Position numbers and translations under genes: made by a program. DNA of 63,566 nucleotides, counting the filler, from Folioceros fuciformis (lineage: Eukaryota): assembly GCA_049999805.1 (NCBI GenBank). It is 4 parts of 3 records of this genome, joined end to end, with 100 filler letters (N's around TTAATTAATTAA, not from the genome) between each part and the next. Parts side by side here need not be neighbours in the genome. Positions count along the whole stretch, not along the records: positions 1 to 24,000 come from JBNGIO010006337.1; 3 more parts are not named here. One strand, written 5' to 3'. Positions 1 to 12,883 of the stretch are shown in pieces. A model generated the notes under the pieces. The model saw only the letters and a list, made by a program, of their open reading frames with translations. It was not told the origin of the DNA and ran no database searches. The stretch's first letter is position 1. Each line of letters begins with the position of its first letter.

Positions 1-53
1 AGGCTGCGTGGCTCGCGCATTTGGAGCTCAAGTTTGTGCTGCGAGCTCACAGG

Positions 54-3000
54 ATGGAGTTGTTGCGAACGCTCGGCCGGACCTTCGGAGCTGCGGCGAC
101 TGAGAACGGAACGCCGGCCCTGAATATTGCAGCGTGAGCATTCTGTGCCTTTCTCTGTTCATCTTTCGTTAGGTCCAGCTGCGCAGTGGCTTTTTGGCGT
201 TGGGATTTGGGGGGAGTTTCTTTGCCGGGTTCGCCATACGAAATTGTGGTGTGAAGCGGTTTAAGTGACGGAATCCGCGGTTATGGTTTAGACTTGTGAA
301 ATTTTGGGTAGGAACCTGGTGAATACCTTTCGTCCCCCAACTTGTCATGCGGACGCCCTTCAGGCTCTGTATCTTCATAGGTCCAGTGACTGGAATCCGT
401 CCATCCCTGCAGTACTTCTCTCACGACTGCCTCAGGTCCAGATAGCCCGACGTTTGTCGATGCACGGATTCTCTGTCCCACCTCAGTTTCGCAGTGATTG
501 AATACAGTCTCCGACTTGTCGCCGCTAGAGTGTGGTGCGCTGTTTTTTTTTTCCCTCCTTCTTGCCACCTCCTTATGGTGCATTCGAGGTTCAGAACTAC
601 GTCTTTTCCATACTTCGGTTTGAGATACTGAAACTTGCAGCAGCAACAGTGTCAGGAATAGGGTGGTTCCCAGCTGCAGAGTCGTTGACGTTATGCCATC
701 ATCCCGGTAAGAGAGAGATGCAAGTGTGAACATCATGGCAGTAGGAGCGTTCGTTGAGTTGTTCGAGTTTGACTGACTGACTGGGTGACATTGTCTGAGC
801 AGAAAGGAGGCGCTGCAGATCGTGGATGATCTGCTGGAGAAGATAGAATCGAGAGCACAGTGCCGTTTGGCTACTGCTGATGCAGCTTTGCATCCTCTGG
901 TGCTACGGCTTGCTAATCGTTACGGCCTATCTCCGGCCGAGGCAGATCTCTTTCAGCTTCTGTTTGTGCGAGGAGCTTCGAAGGCCGCCTCTGTGCGGGC
1001 AGTTCTAGGTTCTGCTCTATTTGAGGTTTCTTCCATGAATGTTTTTTATCATTCACTGATTATGTTGTGATTGGCCCACTGCTCTACAGGATTCAGGCAA
1101 GATGACAAAGAGATGGCTATGGATCTCTGCGGGATGAGTCTTCTTGAAGTGGAGGAGTTTCTGGATGACAAACGTACACATATGGCAGAAGGCATTATAG
1201 TAGGGCAGGTATGGGATCTTGAAACTATGGACCTCATCTGATAGTTAATTATTTTGTTCTCTGTGTCGCATGATTATGCCAAAAGTCTTAGGCTAAGGAT
1301 GGTCGCGTGTGGGTGTTTTAGTGGCTTTTGCTTAATTTTACACTACTTTCTGGGCCACTTGACTGACCTGTTTCCCCCCATCCTTCGTGTCATTGACTTG
1401 ACTAAAAGGTAGTGTATTTGCAGGACGACTACGATGGAAAGACAATTCGCATGACCAACGAAGCTGTTTCTGTACTGCTATTGAGGCCGTTGAAAACTGA
1501 GCAACGTTTGAAGTTGAGCAAGACCGAGTTGCTGAATGTCATGGAGGCTTCAAAGGTAAATGGGTCACCGTCTCTGGAAAGCATTTATGTCATTCACTTC
1601 ATACGATCCCAGCTACACCTTTAAATTGATTGCTCGTTGAAATGTGGGTGCCATGATTTGCTGACTGAAATTCAACTGGTGGTGTCTGAAGGCTGAGAGT
1701 CACACAGAGGCAGTAATGGCTACAGATGTGGATGCTTTTGCACTCGTCAGTAGCTCCGTGGACGACAAAGGCCCTTTTTGTTCTGCCACAGCGCTGCTAA
1801 AGGAGTTGACGGAAAAGAGTGGACTTGGTCAAGACAGAAAACGGAAGTTCACTGATTTGGAGCATGATGCGCTTCCGGATGATGTCTCAGCCCAGGTTGG
1901 ACAGTTGGACCAGTTGGTTCAGGCAGACTTGGCGCCACTACGAAAACGGAATACACTTTCTGGAGATGCTGGTAGCACGGAGGCCGAGACAGCAACAGTT
2001 ACAGACGTAACTGCAAATGGGGCTGACGTGACAATTAACATTGGAACATGTCCTGCTGCAGCAGTCCCTTCAGAGGAGGACACAAAGCCGTTAAAGGGTG
2101 AACTGGGCCCTTACAAATCCAGTCTAGAATATTTGGATGATGCATTCCAAGTGCTGGCACTTATGCTTCGCATTGCAAAAGCTCGTCACAAGGAGGATAT
2201 GAAGGAAGCTTTCAACGATGAAAGGCCATGGTACGATGTGTATCGCTCTACCAAGGTGAGAACTCATGGATGGTCTACTCGGCCCAGCAGTTAGTACACT
2301 TTGGATCGAGTGATCTTTTTGTTCAGCTGTCATCGGCACTGGATTTGAACTTCATAGACTTGAGCCATCACACACGAAGATGACCATCACAACTAATGCA
2401 CCTCCAGCATTTCCCAAACAGCTCCCTTGCACAATTTCTCCGTAACTTGTTCCTGACATTTGTTTCCTGAGAACTTAGAACAGGTCGCTGCAGGTCATGG
2501 TACTGTAAAGTAGTGGCGAAGTCCCTGTTTTTCTGATTCGAAATGGAACTTCCCTTGTCTAGACGTCAAGCATCAGGGAACTGCGAGCAAAGCTTCGTTT
2601 TACTCAGAATCGACTTCAGGAACGGATGAAAATCACAGAGGACGCAATAAAGGAGGGTTCCTTGCAACTTCCGCGTCTCGAGGTACTTAGCATTTGTCTC
2701 TTGCTTGCTTCATGGCCTTTTGCGGTAGTGGTGAAGCCTGGTGCAATTAGTAGCACGGAACCATGGATTCCGCTCGCCCCTGGCAGGTCTCAGAAATTGA
2801 ACAATTGCTGGACTTTTTTCTCATGGTGATGTCTTCTGCTGAATCAGGCTCTAGCACGGAAACTGGCTCTTGATGAGTTTGAGAAAGGAGTGGTAGTCAT
2901 GCTCACAGGTCAACTCTTATCTGTCTACACTTAATGCGTCTCTGGAAGTGTCCACCCAATGCAATTGGTGCTTAACAAGCTTTTGTGTTGCAGCCATCTC

Positions 3001-6000
3001 AATATCACCTGTTGTGAAAAGCATATTTGAAGCAGAAAACGGCGATGGTAGCTACCGCCGAAGTAGTGAAGCAGTGCAGGTATTGTTACAACCCTGCAGC
3101 TTCACTATTTGGCATAATCTGGTAAATCATCCTAACCCTTGGGGGGTTATGCTATTATGTCATCGCAGGTGAAGGATGTGTTGACTGTTTACTTTGATTC
3201 CTTCAAGGAACAGGTAATGGCCAGACTTTCATCTGTCTCCATAGTGCCTGTTTGCATGTAGTCCAATCCAGCAAGCATGATGTCTTATTACGCAGTATTT
3301 GGATGACTTGGGCAGGTTCTAGCACGAACTTATTTTTATAAGTCCAGCAGGCTGGTTGCCAGAGGTCTTATCAAGATGAGGACAACCCCGTATACCAGGG
3401 GAGGTGGAGACTTGATGGACCAGCAAGTAGAGCTTGATCGACGCATGCTTGATTGGATTGTGGGCTTGGATACAGAAATGAATGAGCTCGTTGAAGGCAG
3501 TCATCTCTACATGCCAAAGGTCAGTGCCAAAGTTCAGATCAGTTGGTCTCATTCTCATTATGAAATTTTAAACATCCAAGTCCTGATGTCCTTGGGAACT
3601 TCCACAGATAGATATGACGCAGGTTGTTCTTCCAGCAGAACAAAAGGATATGTTGTTAAAAACAGTAGACAATTTTGCTAAATTCAGACAGTATCGGAAA
3701 CGTGCTGGCCTTGAGGATGTTATTAGTTATGGGGCTGGGCTAGTTATTCTACTTTGTGGCGCTTCAGGCACGGGCAAGACGATGACAGTGAACGCTGTTG
3801 CCCACCATCTTGGTCAGCATCTCAGGCCTTGAGCTCAAGCAGCTTTAGATCTCTTTGATCTAGACAACTAATGATGAATGGCATCACTTTTGAGCAGGCA
3901 AGAGGGTGCTCCTCGTGGACTTCCACTCCCTGCACACTGCTTCTGGAGGAAGTAGCAGAGATGACCACTCAGCAGATTTGCGTGGTTTGTTTCGAGACGC
4001 AGATATGAATGATGCGGTCATATTCTTTGATGAATGTGAGGCTATTTTTGCTCAGGTGACATTTGATATTCCGGTGCAACATTGGTTTGATTAGGTAGAG
4101 AAGTAGGCTGTGCCCGAACGTGCACATCTAGTCTAAAGTATTAATTTAAGCTTGTCAGATCTTGTGTAGCTGGCTCAACCTTCTGACCTGTGATTGCTAC
4201 GTAGAGGGAGCGCGGTGGAGATCGACTCCTCAATGCTCTTCTGACTGAGATGGAACGTCACGAGGGCATTATCATGCTGGCTACTAACCGGCCTTTAGAT
4301 TTGGATGAAGCAATGCATCGCCGAATAACGTCCGTGGCCCCACCAGTCGTTATTTATCATTTGGTTGCGCCGCTAGTCTTTGCCATACATTTAACTAAAT
4401 AGTTCAAGTTGTGGGTGATTATACTGCAGTTGCGTGAGTGAGTTCCATTCTCCCGATCACACTCAACGACGGGAAATCTGGAAGCTTTCATCCGAGCGCC
4501 TCCCTGTTGAGGATAGTATTGACTGGGAAAAAATAGCCTTGAGGTAATTATTTTTCGTTACGTGCTTGGGATCATTTAGCCGGCGAATTCAGGATATGTT
4601 CGTCAGCCACTACAGAACCGTAGAGGTTCCTCCTGGGAATTCTTGGTTAATGAATCGCGACTTCAGATATTGTTTGCATTTGTCATGTCTGATGGCTCTG
4701 TTGTCTGTCTTGCTTTAGGTACGAGTTGACTGGTGGCTACATCAAAAATGCTCTTGTTAGCGCCCTTCTCCTGGCTATTTCTCGAGATAGTGTGAACCCA
4801 GTGGTAACTGAGGAAGACATCATCACAGGCTGTCGTCTGCAAATGCGTGGTAGCCTGCAGGTGTGCTCTATGTGCTTTGTGGTGGAAGTTGTGGCCCGAG
4901 CCCGTGGATATGTTTTACTGGGCTCAAAAGTGCTTGTTGCTGCTTTTCAGATGAAGTCCTTCACTCACAGGGTGGTCCCAAAGACGGGTATGGAGGAACT
5001 TATATTGGGGAATGTGATGCGTGAGCGGATAGAATCTATCATTAACTTTGAAAAGGCTAGGGCCGTGCTGTTGGGGCAGTGGGGTTTCCAGCAGGAGCGG
5101 TTGGGCACAGCTTGTTTATTTTGGGGTCCCCACGGCACTGGGAAATCTTCAGCTGCCGAGGTAAGTGTTTTACAAAATGTGTAGCAGCAAACTGCTTTTA
5201 GTTGTTTCCCTCCCAAGGCATGCGAAATCCTCTAAGCAAATGACCTGCACGACTAAGCTTGACCACTGTGGATGCAGGCCATCGGATTTGAGCTTGGCCG
5301 GCCTTTGAAGGTGATCATCTCAATTTGTGTTGCAGCTGCCAGGTACTGGAAATTATGAATAGCAATGTTTCCTGAGCTGGAACCGTACTGCTTCTTTCAG
5401 GTGATAAACTGTGCCCAGCTGATATCAAGGGAAAGCAGCTCGAAAACAGGCGCCAACATTAGCGCTGCATTTAAAGACACCCGATTGATGGATGCCGTCC
5501 TTGTACTTGAAGACTTTCAGGTTTGATAGTCAAAGCCATCCTCATCGTCGACTTTCTTTGAGGTGCTGTGTCTGAAGGAAGTTTTATCACACTCAACAGG
5601 GCTCGCTGTATGAATGCGCTTAAGTTGTCATGGTGTTTGCAGATATTCCGATCTGATGAGGAAGGAGGTATGAGTGGTGTAAGCAATGTTTCTCAGTGGT
5701 CACCTGTGGCAATTGGACTTCTGCTGCATGAACTAGAGCGCTTTCCAGGAATCTGTATCCTCATAGCGAATATTGTACAGGTAGCTATTCAATCAAGCAT
5801 CTGGCAGCCTCTAGTCTGGGTGAGGGCAACAAGATTGATAAGTAGAAACATGCGTGTGCAGGGAAGCATCATCCACAGATTAGATCCTGAATTGACTTCC
5901 AGACTCAAGTTTCTTTTGGAGTTTAGGATGCCGGATTCAGCTGTGCGTTCAAGAATGTGGAGGAAATTGCTTCCCACTAAGGTTGTCCCAATCTCTCCCA

Positions 6001-6496
6001 TTCTTAGTTCTTCATGTTTCATGGTACTATCTCCAGGCTTAGCTGTGCTCCGGACTCCTCTGGTGGGTTGGTCAGCTAGAATATCCAGAGTCGTTTTTGA
6101 TTCTAGCTGGATATTCTATGTTGATATCCAGCTAGAATATCAGATGTGAAATCAATTTGTACTGGCCATGCTTGTACAGGCACCTCTGGATGTCAACATT
6201 CAGTTCGAGGAACTGGGCCGACGATTTGACTTCACTAGTGGCACCATCAGTAGTGCCATAGTGAGAGCTGCAGCCAAGGTGAATCTGTTTACAAGTCCTA
6301 TTGCCAAGGTGGCCTCTGTGATGCACGCTGGAGAAATTGTTGTCTAAGTCTGTTGTGACATGTTTGACTGTAGGCTGCTCTCCGCGTAGGAGATGCGCGA
6401 GTTATTACTCAAAAGGATCTTATGGAAGCCGCAGAGTCGGAACGGGCGCATCTGAGAGATGAAGTGCATGAGATCATGTCTAGGGCTTATGTTTGA
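54..6496 (+). CDS. Multi-exon (~24 exons) tandem AAA+ ATPase with two N-terminal winged-helix-like repeats
   Basis: Exons join in phase through GT-AG introns from ATG 54 (MELLRTLGRT...) to TGA 6494-6496 (...EIMSRAYV*). AAA1: Walker A GASGTGKT (~3758), Walker B IFFDECE (~4020), TNRPLDLDEAMHRRI, lid ELTGGYIKNA. AAA2: GPHGTGKS (~5124), degenerate Walker B VLVLEDF, lid DFTSGTISSA. Start exon less certain than the core. Confidence 0.88.
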
Positions 6497-7790
6497 CACG
6501 TATTATGTCGACGATCGGAAGCTGGGCATTGATGTTCCCGTCTTCGGTGGTGCTAAGGAAGAATTGAAGTCTTAAGCAGCACTTTGGAGGTTGTGGGTCC
6601 AATGATGGTGTAGACACCCACAGCGGTGTGGCATTCTTTGCCAAGTGGGCACGCGAAAGCACAGGAAGTGTTTGCTGTGCAGTAATAGCACGCCATGTTT
6701 TGCCATGAGGTTCTCCCGTTCATCTAATGGGCTCGGAATTCGGTTTGGTTGGAGAGTTCATTGCATCCCATTCTCATGTTTGCGACTCCGACTGGACTGT
6801 TGGTTTTGTCACCAGCGCCAAATCGTGTTCAGGGGAGTCGAGAAGGCCCTATGACCCTGTCGTAATCCATGGGCGATAAATGGCCACAGTGGGCACCTCA
6901 TTTCTTTCACGACTCGTTAGTGCAGGCCGACTTCCATGGCACTAATAGGCGACGCGTGCGATGGTTCAGCCTTGCCACCAATTGAGTGGCACAAGGGAGA
7001 ATACATAATACGTAAGACATGTCGTGGCTCCAAGGCCTCAAGAAGCTTTCCCTTGCCGGTATAATGTGCACGTTTGACGTTAGAGATGTTGGACGCGCGA
7101 TTAGAAGACAAAAGGTGGAGTGTGGGTTGTCATGCAATGCAAGGTCAAGTGAAAATTGTCATCCAAGTTGGAAGTGGGGATGTCAAGTAAGGTGGAGTGT
7201 GCGTAACGCACACGTCCAGTGTGAAATGTGATGTAAGATGATGAAAATCTTCTATTTGATTTCTTGTGTTTCATTTGAGACATTAGGTGTTTGGGTTTCA
7301 AAACGTTCTCGGCTCTCAAAGGGATTCATAAGTGGAATTAAGTAGGTAGTTTGGTTGTAATACTAATCAGTTCCACTTTCCTTTCTTCCCTCAATCACTT
7401 GGTGCCGAAGTAAGTACATAGTGCGAGAAAGGACATGTACTAAACAATCCTAATTATAAGCTGCTGCCTGTGCCACCAATAGGCATAGGCAGCCTTGTTT
7501 GGTGCAGAGTCTGTAAACCCTTACAACAAGGGACAAGCATGTGCAGTGGCGCAAAAGTGACTTTGCGGCTTTAGTTGTGCAGCACGGAGGAAGTCACGGA
7601 CATGAGACAAGTATGTGCAATAGTACCATTGAACCAAGCATGTGCAATGGTCCTATTGAACCAGTTGACAGGTGAAAGTGCAATAATCACTCAATCTGGT
7701 GTGCACCGTGGGGTGAGCATATGCAATGAAAGTGTTTAAGTACATTTCTAAGGAGCAGGAGTGCAATGAACATGTGCAAGTACATTTGTG

Positions 7791-7860
7791 AGGAGCAAGA
7801 GCACGTGAGTAGGATGAGCTTGTGTAAGGAGCAAGAGCACGCGAGTAGGATGTGTTTGTG
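7791..7860. repeat. Imperfect tandem duplication, 36-bp unit x2
   Basis: AGGAGCAAGAGCACGYGAGTAGGATG at 7791 and 7827. Confidence 0.8.
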
Positions 7861-7998
7861 CAATGGGCGTGTGCAAGTAGTGCATGAGGTGAGTGGGACA
7901 ACCATGTGCAATGGATTGTGAAAGTATCACATATAGTGGGGGGTAGCTGGCAACACCTTGACTTCACCTAGTGTGATATAGATACGGAGAGGTTTGTG

Positions 7999-8143
7999 TA
8001 CACCAAGGACATGGACTCCCGACTAAGACCAGCTTCTTTTAATAGAGATGCAAGATTCAAGATGCCTATGGGTTACACCAAGGACATGGACTCCTGGACT
8101 AAGATCAGTTCCTTCTAATGTAGATGCAAGCCAGATGCCTATG
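7999..8143. repeat. Imperfect tandem duplication, ~75-bp unit x2, in probable TE debris
   Basis: CACCAAGGACATGGACTCC...GATGCCTATGG starts at 8001 and 8076. Confidence 0.8.
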
Positions 8144-9663
8144 GCCCTATGGGTTTCTCATACACAGTTATGTATCCCTAAATGACTCATAAAAGGTCAT
8201 TGAGCTACCCAACAAAATGGGTATTAAGCTACCCAACAAAGGTAAGGGTGTAAGATTATAGTTTATTATGATAGGAGCTAAGCTAGTGATGGATAGGATA
8301 CATAAGTGTTGAGCTCCTGTAATTGAATAATGTTGAGTTTTTTAGAATATGAGTTGAGCACTTAATGAGAAACTCAAAGACAAGCTTCTTTGACAATATT
8401 AGTTAACCCTAAGACGTGTTATCCCTAAGTTGTGATCGGTTAGCCTTGAGATATGAGTGTCACCGAGCGCTAAGGGATATAAATCCGACTAAAAGGTGCA
8501 TATGAAAGCTTCAAAAAAATGATAAGATTTACACTATTTTTAACAATAATACCATTTAAAGGTTTATGATGTGAGATATATATAATTATATTTTTTAAAT
8601 AATTAAAATCAATTGCTATAATGACACTCCGCACGCCTATGTAAAAGGCTATGCAAAGATAGTTAATAATATCTGCTTATAAAGCCATCGTGTGCCGCTA
8701 AAAGGACAGGGATTTTTGAGCTGATTACGAATTCCTTGGGTGCAAAACAATGTCATTGCTTGGCACAACCTGCTATGGACGTGGAGAGATATCCATGTCA
8801 CAAGCTGCATTGATATTGGCCGAGAGCACTAGCTTGAATTTGGAAGAGGGGGCGTATGATTGACTCCGTTGCAGTCCTTCGTATGAACAGGACATGAATT
8901 TAGGAACGGTGGCTGTCCAGTACATGTACACATAGGCACGACTATCGGAAGAGGACCCGATGATCGAGGGCGTCACGCCACACAACCTAGGTTACACAAG
9001 ATTGTGCGAAGACGGTATTAGGCTTCGAATCCGGGAATGAATTCCTAAGCAGTGAATCCAGGTCTCTACATGAAAAAAATGTGAACATACTCGCGGAGAA
9101 GCTCGGGCGGCTCTCCAGAGCATTGCAGGCAATCCAAAGCCACTAGTACGATTTCTAGCATGAGAGCGACTGATGAATTCGTTATATATGCTGCCAGGAA
9201 GGATTGCAAATCCGGAGCTGTTGGGCACAATTTGGGAGAACGTGGGACAGGAATTCGAAGACGGGTGAGGGGCTGACGGTAGATATCATACATACAGCAT
9301 GCCGATTTTGCACTCTTCAGCCTTCACTTTCGCGTAAGTGGATGATAGCATTGCCAGCTTCGCTTGCCCACGATTCAAATCTATAATCCGACTCTGGAGT
9401 CATGAAACATGACATGCCCGTGAGTTCAAGCTACGTGTGTGAGTTGGGAAGAAAGAACGATCTTGATTCCAAAACAACATTTCTGTTCCACACGTACACG
9501 CTTTATTTGAAACATCCAGATGCATGCATGCATGCATCTGCAGCAAGGACTGCTAGCCTAGTATGATCATGCCTGGTTACATGTTCACCCCCTAAACATG
9601 AAAACGCAGGCAGCCATATGCATCCAAGGCCACCTCACGATCACGGTTTACAAGGCTACATGC

Positions 9664-10396
9664 CTAAAAAACATCAATGTTGAGCTGCTTCCACGGGCCG
9701 ATGTAGTTCTACGCCTTCACGACTCCCTAGGGACTCGGGCGGAAGTAGGCATAGACAATAGGATTTGACAAGAGTGCGTAGGATTGGTGGTTCTGAGAGA
9801 CACGAGTGCTCAACTGGGGCACCGGACAAAATTGAGCTCCGGGATCGCTAGGATCTTGGGTGACGGAAACCGAGCTGAAGCCGCCCCGGCAGTCTCCAAA
9901 GGCATCGCCACCTGTGGCGTCCAGCAGAATGTAGTTCTCCGGGCACTGAGTCGACTGGATGTTGTAACTGAAGGGCTGGCCCTGGATGGCAGTAAACTGG
10001 AACCTGCATTGCTCGGGATTGGGTGACAGGTTTTGCTCCAGTAGTTTCACTGTCCGATTCACAATCCAAAGCCACGTAGAATCCGGGGAACGCCAATGAC
10101 GCTATGAATACGTCAGCGGCCGGTAAGTCGTCTGGGTCGATTTTCGCGTGTCTGCAAAGTATGTTTCAGGATAGTAAGGAACGGCCAAGTGAGCATTGCA
10201 AGGCCAGACACGTGAAAATAGCAGGAAATTTGCAGATGCAGTCGACATGTGGGTAGCCCTTGAAACTGATAAAGCAAATCCTTCAATTTACTCCATGTGC
10301 AGAAAGATCAAAACCCGACTGTCACTCACAGGACATGGAAGGACTGAAGAACGAGCAGCAGCACAAGCACAGGGCCGCTGGCGCCTGTGCTGCCAT
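9664..10396 (-). pseudogene. Pseudogene of a secreted small beta-trefoil (fascin/AbfB-like) protein
   Basis: TATAAAA at 10449-10443, ATG 10396, intron 10329-10152 (GTGAGT...TTGCAG). Restored protein: signal ...PVLVLLLVLQSFHVLHA, then FIASLAFPGFYVALD / YNIQSTQCPENYILLD / AQFCPVPQL...*GVVKA*NYIGPWKQLNIDVF*. Needs two frameshifts (exon 1 and ~10062) and has two in-frame TAGs. Confidence 0.6.
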
Positions 10397-11621
10397 TGCT
10401 GTTGCTGTTTGAAAGCTCAAGAATGTACGAGAGGTTCCAGCATTTTATACAGTCTCAGCAGGGCCAGGAATGATGCTCCTCGATGCGCTCTGTTGGATTG
10501 GATGCCATCGCTGGTCAGGCATGCAAACCAACGAAGGGATGCTGCCGGCTCGGGCTGGCTTACTTACAGTCTTCTGAATAACGCGGTGTATGTAAAACCA
10601 CCAATATGGACAAGGTTTAGCTCACGAGCTCTAGGCAGATTAGTGCTCAGCCCCAAAACACGTCTCGAGTGAAATGAAGGAGAAACTCTGAACTCCTAAA
10701 AGTTCCTGCCACCACGAGCGTCCTTTGTGGTCGGTAATACAGCCACTTGCAAGACCTTTATGTGGGAACATCCGCTGAGCATTTCTCCGTACTATCCGAC
10801 ATAGGGAACCTTACCCTGCATAGGCTGCATCCGCTCACCCCAATTGTACAGTGTCCCGGTAAACGTCCAACAACGTCGAGGGCATACACATACAAGCCAT
10901 CCATTCCATGATAATGATGTATTCACAGAAAGCTTGGGAGTATGGTGACCGCACAGCACTCGGTACTGCAGCAGGAGTTTGACGCAGATACTTGTACGCA
11001 AACAAGAGACACTGATATGGTACATATTTGAATTGCTTCTGAATCACAGAATGTGGGGGATGGCATGGCGTACAGCCAACTGAGCAGCATCACCACAATC
11101 TCATCCCTGGTCTGCAGACTCTGCAGTCTTGTGGGCCGAGTCTGGTGGTGCCCAATGAGACGCAAGAGTTCTTTGATGCCCTGAGCACACGTTATGGAAT
11201 CGAGCCCCACCACCGATCGTAGCTAGCACTCCTCGTGCATGGTAGACCTCTGGCCGCGGTCCCATGCAGGGAAGGGAAGGCCAATGTGATGTGTGCGGAG
11301 GACAGCGCCCGTGCACTGTGCAGCATGATGCTGCAGCGTCTTGCACTTTTGACACTTGTCGAAAGTGGAGCACCGTGAATTTGGCATTTGTTCCCTCCAT
11401 CCGGTAGTGGATGTAGAGATAAAGGGGATCGTGCCACACGATGGCTTGACGTCACATGTCTATGTACCAGTGTCCGTCCATTGGTCGTACTACATACAGT
11501 ATATACATATATTCAAAAGCGTGCGTGCCTTATTTTTGACCTGTAGGACAAAAAAAACAAAAATCAAAAAAGTAATCACAGCTATTTCTTAAACTTCGAA
11601 TTTTTCCCAAAGCACTACTCC

Positions 11622-12240
11622 AGTAATGGCATAAGTGAAATAAGGTGAAAGTTAAAAGTAGAAAGGTGAAAGCTAAATCTAAAGCTGTCTTGATGAAGAA
11701 GCAAGTATGCTTCTTACTGCCTTTGGAAACAAAATGTGTGTTCCAGGCAAAACCTCCTAAGAAGGATGGAGTTGTAATGACCACTAGTATTCTAGGATGA
11801 GTGGTGTGTATCATTCCCAGTTTTAGCAGTGGCTTAGCTGTGGAGTATAAATAGACCAGTGTTAGGGTCTTAAGGATACGGTGATACACTGATACAAAAA
11901 GAGGCAGACAGTGAGAAGTCTAGCCTGGAGGCATAGCTGTGGAGGGCTTGAAGAGCAAGCTTGTCAGATAGAGTCGAGGGCAGTAGCCAGTGGGGCGTAG
12001 ATCGCCAGACTCTTTGTAAGTATCTGGAATAAAGAGCAGCACCTAGAGGAGGTGGTCTGCGAGTCGTCAGTGGACGGCGGGCTACTTGGAGCCTAGTGCT
12101 GAGTCGTGTGAGAGGGAGTGACCTAGTGCTGAGTCGTGTGAGAGGGAGTGAGTGAATTGCAAGTGGAGCGCTGCGGAGTGTTTAGACGAGATTCGAGGCC
12201 GTTGCTTCCTTTTACGCTGCGTAAGGAAGGGGGCGTTACT
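11622..12240 (+). mobile_element. Solo LTR-like insertion (619 bp) with AGT...ACT termini and flanking direct repeat
   Basis: Starts AGTAATGGC, ends GGCGTTACT; ACTCC at 11617-11621 and 12241-12245; internal TATAAATA (~11846), AATAAA (~12028) and a 30-bp tandem duplication (~12092-12151). Confidence 0.7.
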
Positions 12241-12883
12241 ACTCCAGCTCCATAGTGCAGGCGGGACGTGAGACTATGAGAGCAGGAGCTTTTCATCTAA
12301 TTTAGGCGCTTCGTCGTATCATCATTCTCGACTCCTGGCCAATCGCCGTTCTCAAAGGTAACGGGGCGAAGGCAATTCCCATGCCGAAATGCCACAGGGA
12401 GTAGAACTGTGAAAGCGCCTGTTCCTTCGAGAGGCGTGGGCTCCATTTTCCCGCCTTCAGTCATTTAAAATTCTGGTCTGGACGAGTCTTTCTATGATGG
12501 GCCTGCAGTGGAAGGTGATAGGACGCTGTTGTTCGATTTGGCTATTGGGGAGGGGACCTGTTTCGCTAGCGTAACTTATGGGTGTCTTCAAGGATCGGTG
12601 CCTGGAACGTCATGGGTTTCGGACCGCACCTCAGTAGCTCAAATAGCTGGAATTGGCGCTTTGTGATGGCCAAACTCCGGGTGGAAGTCTCTGGCACTCT
12701 GCAGGCTATTGNNNNNNNNNNGATGGCCAAACTCCGGGTGGAAGTCTCTGGCACTCTGCAGGCTATTGAGGCTCCTTTTCGTTGCGGCAGTACTTGTATT
12801 TCCACTCTGTACGCGGAGATTTTGGTGGGTTTTGAACATTTTGAAAGCTGCGCCGTAAGGAGTTGACGAGGAGGCTCTCTACA

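Noticed and set aside
6905-7230. CACTA/TAGTG words and an imperfect inverted repeat suggesting a CACTA end
   Set aside because: No matching terminus or target-site duplication identified.
8773-9300. Possible second beta-trefoil paralogue (shares GTGGCTTTGGATTG with ~10070)
   Set aside because: Similarity does not extend convincingly beyond 14 bp and frames are broken.
10790-11460. Several overlapping short Cys-rich ORFs
   Set aside because: No consistent exon chain or family motif.
12664-12769. Direct repeats flanking N-gaps (also ~20925-21117)
   Set aside because: Near-identical sequence on both sides of a gap indicates unmerged contig overlap, not a reliable duplication.
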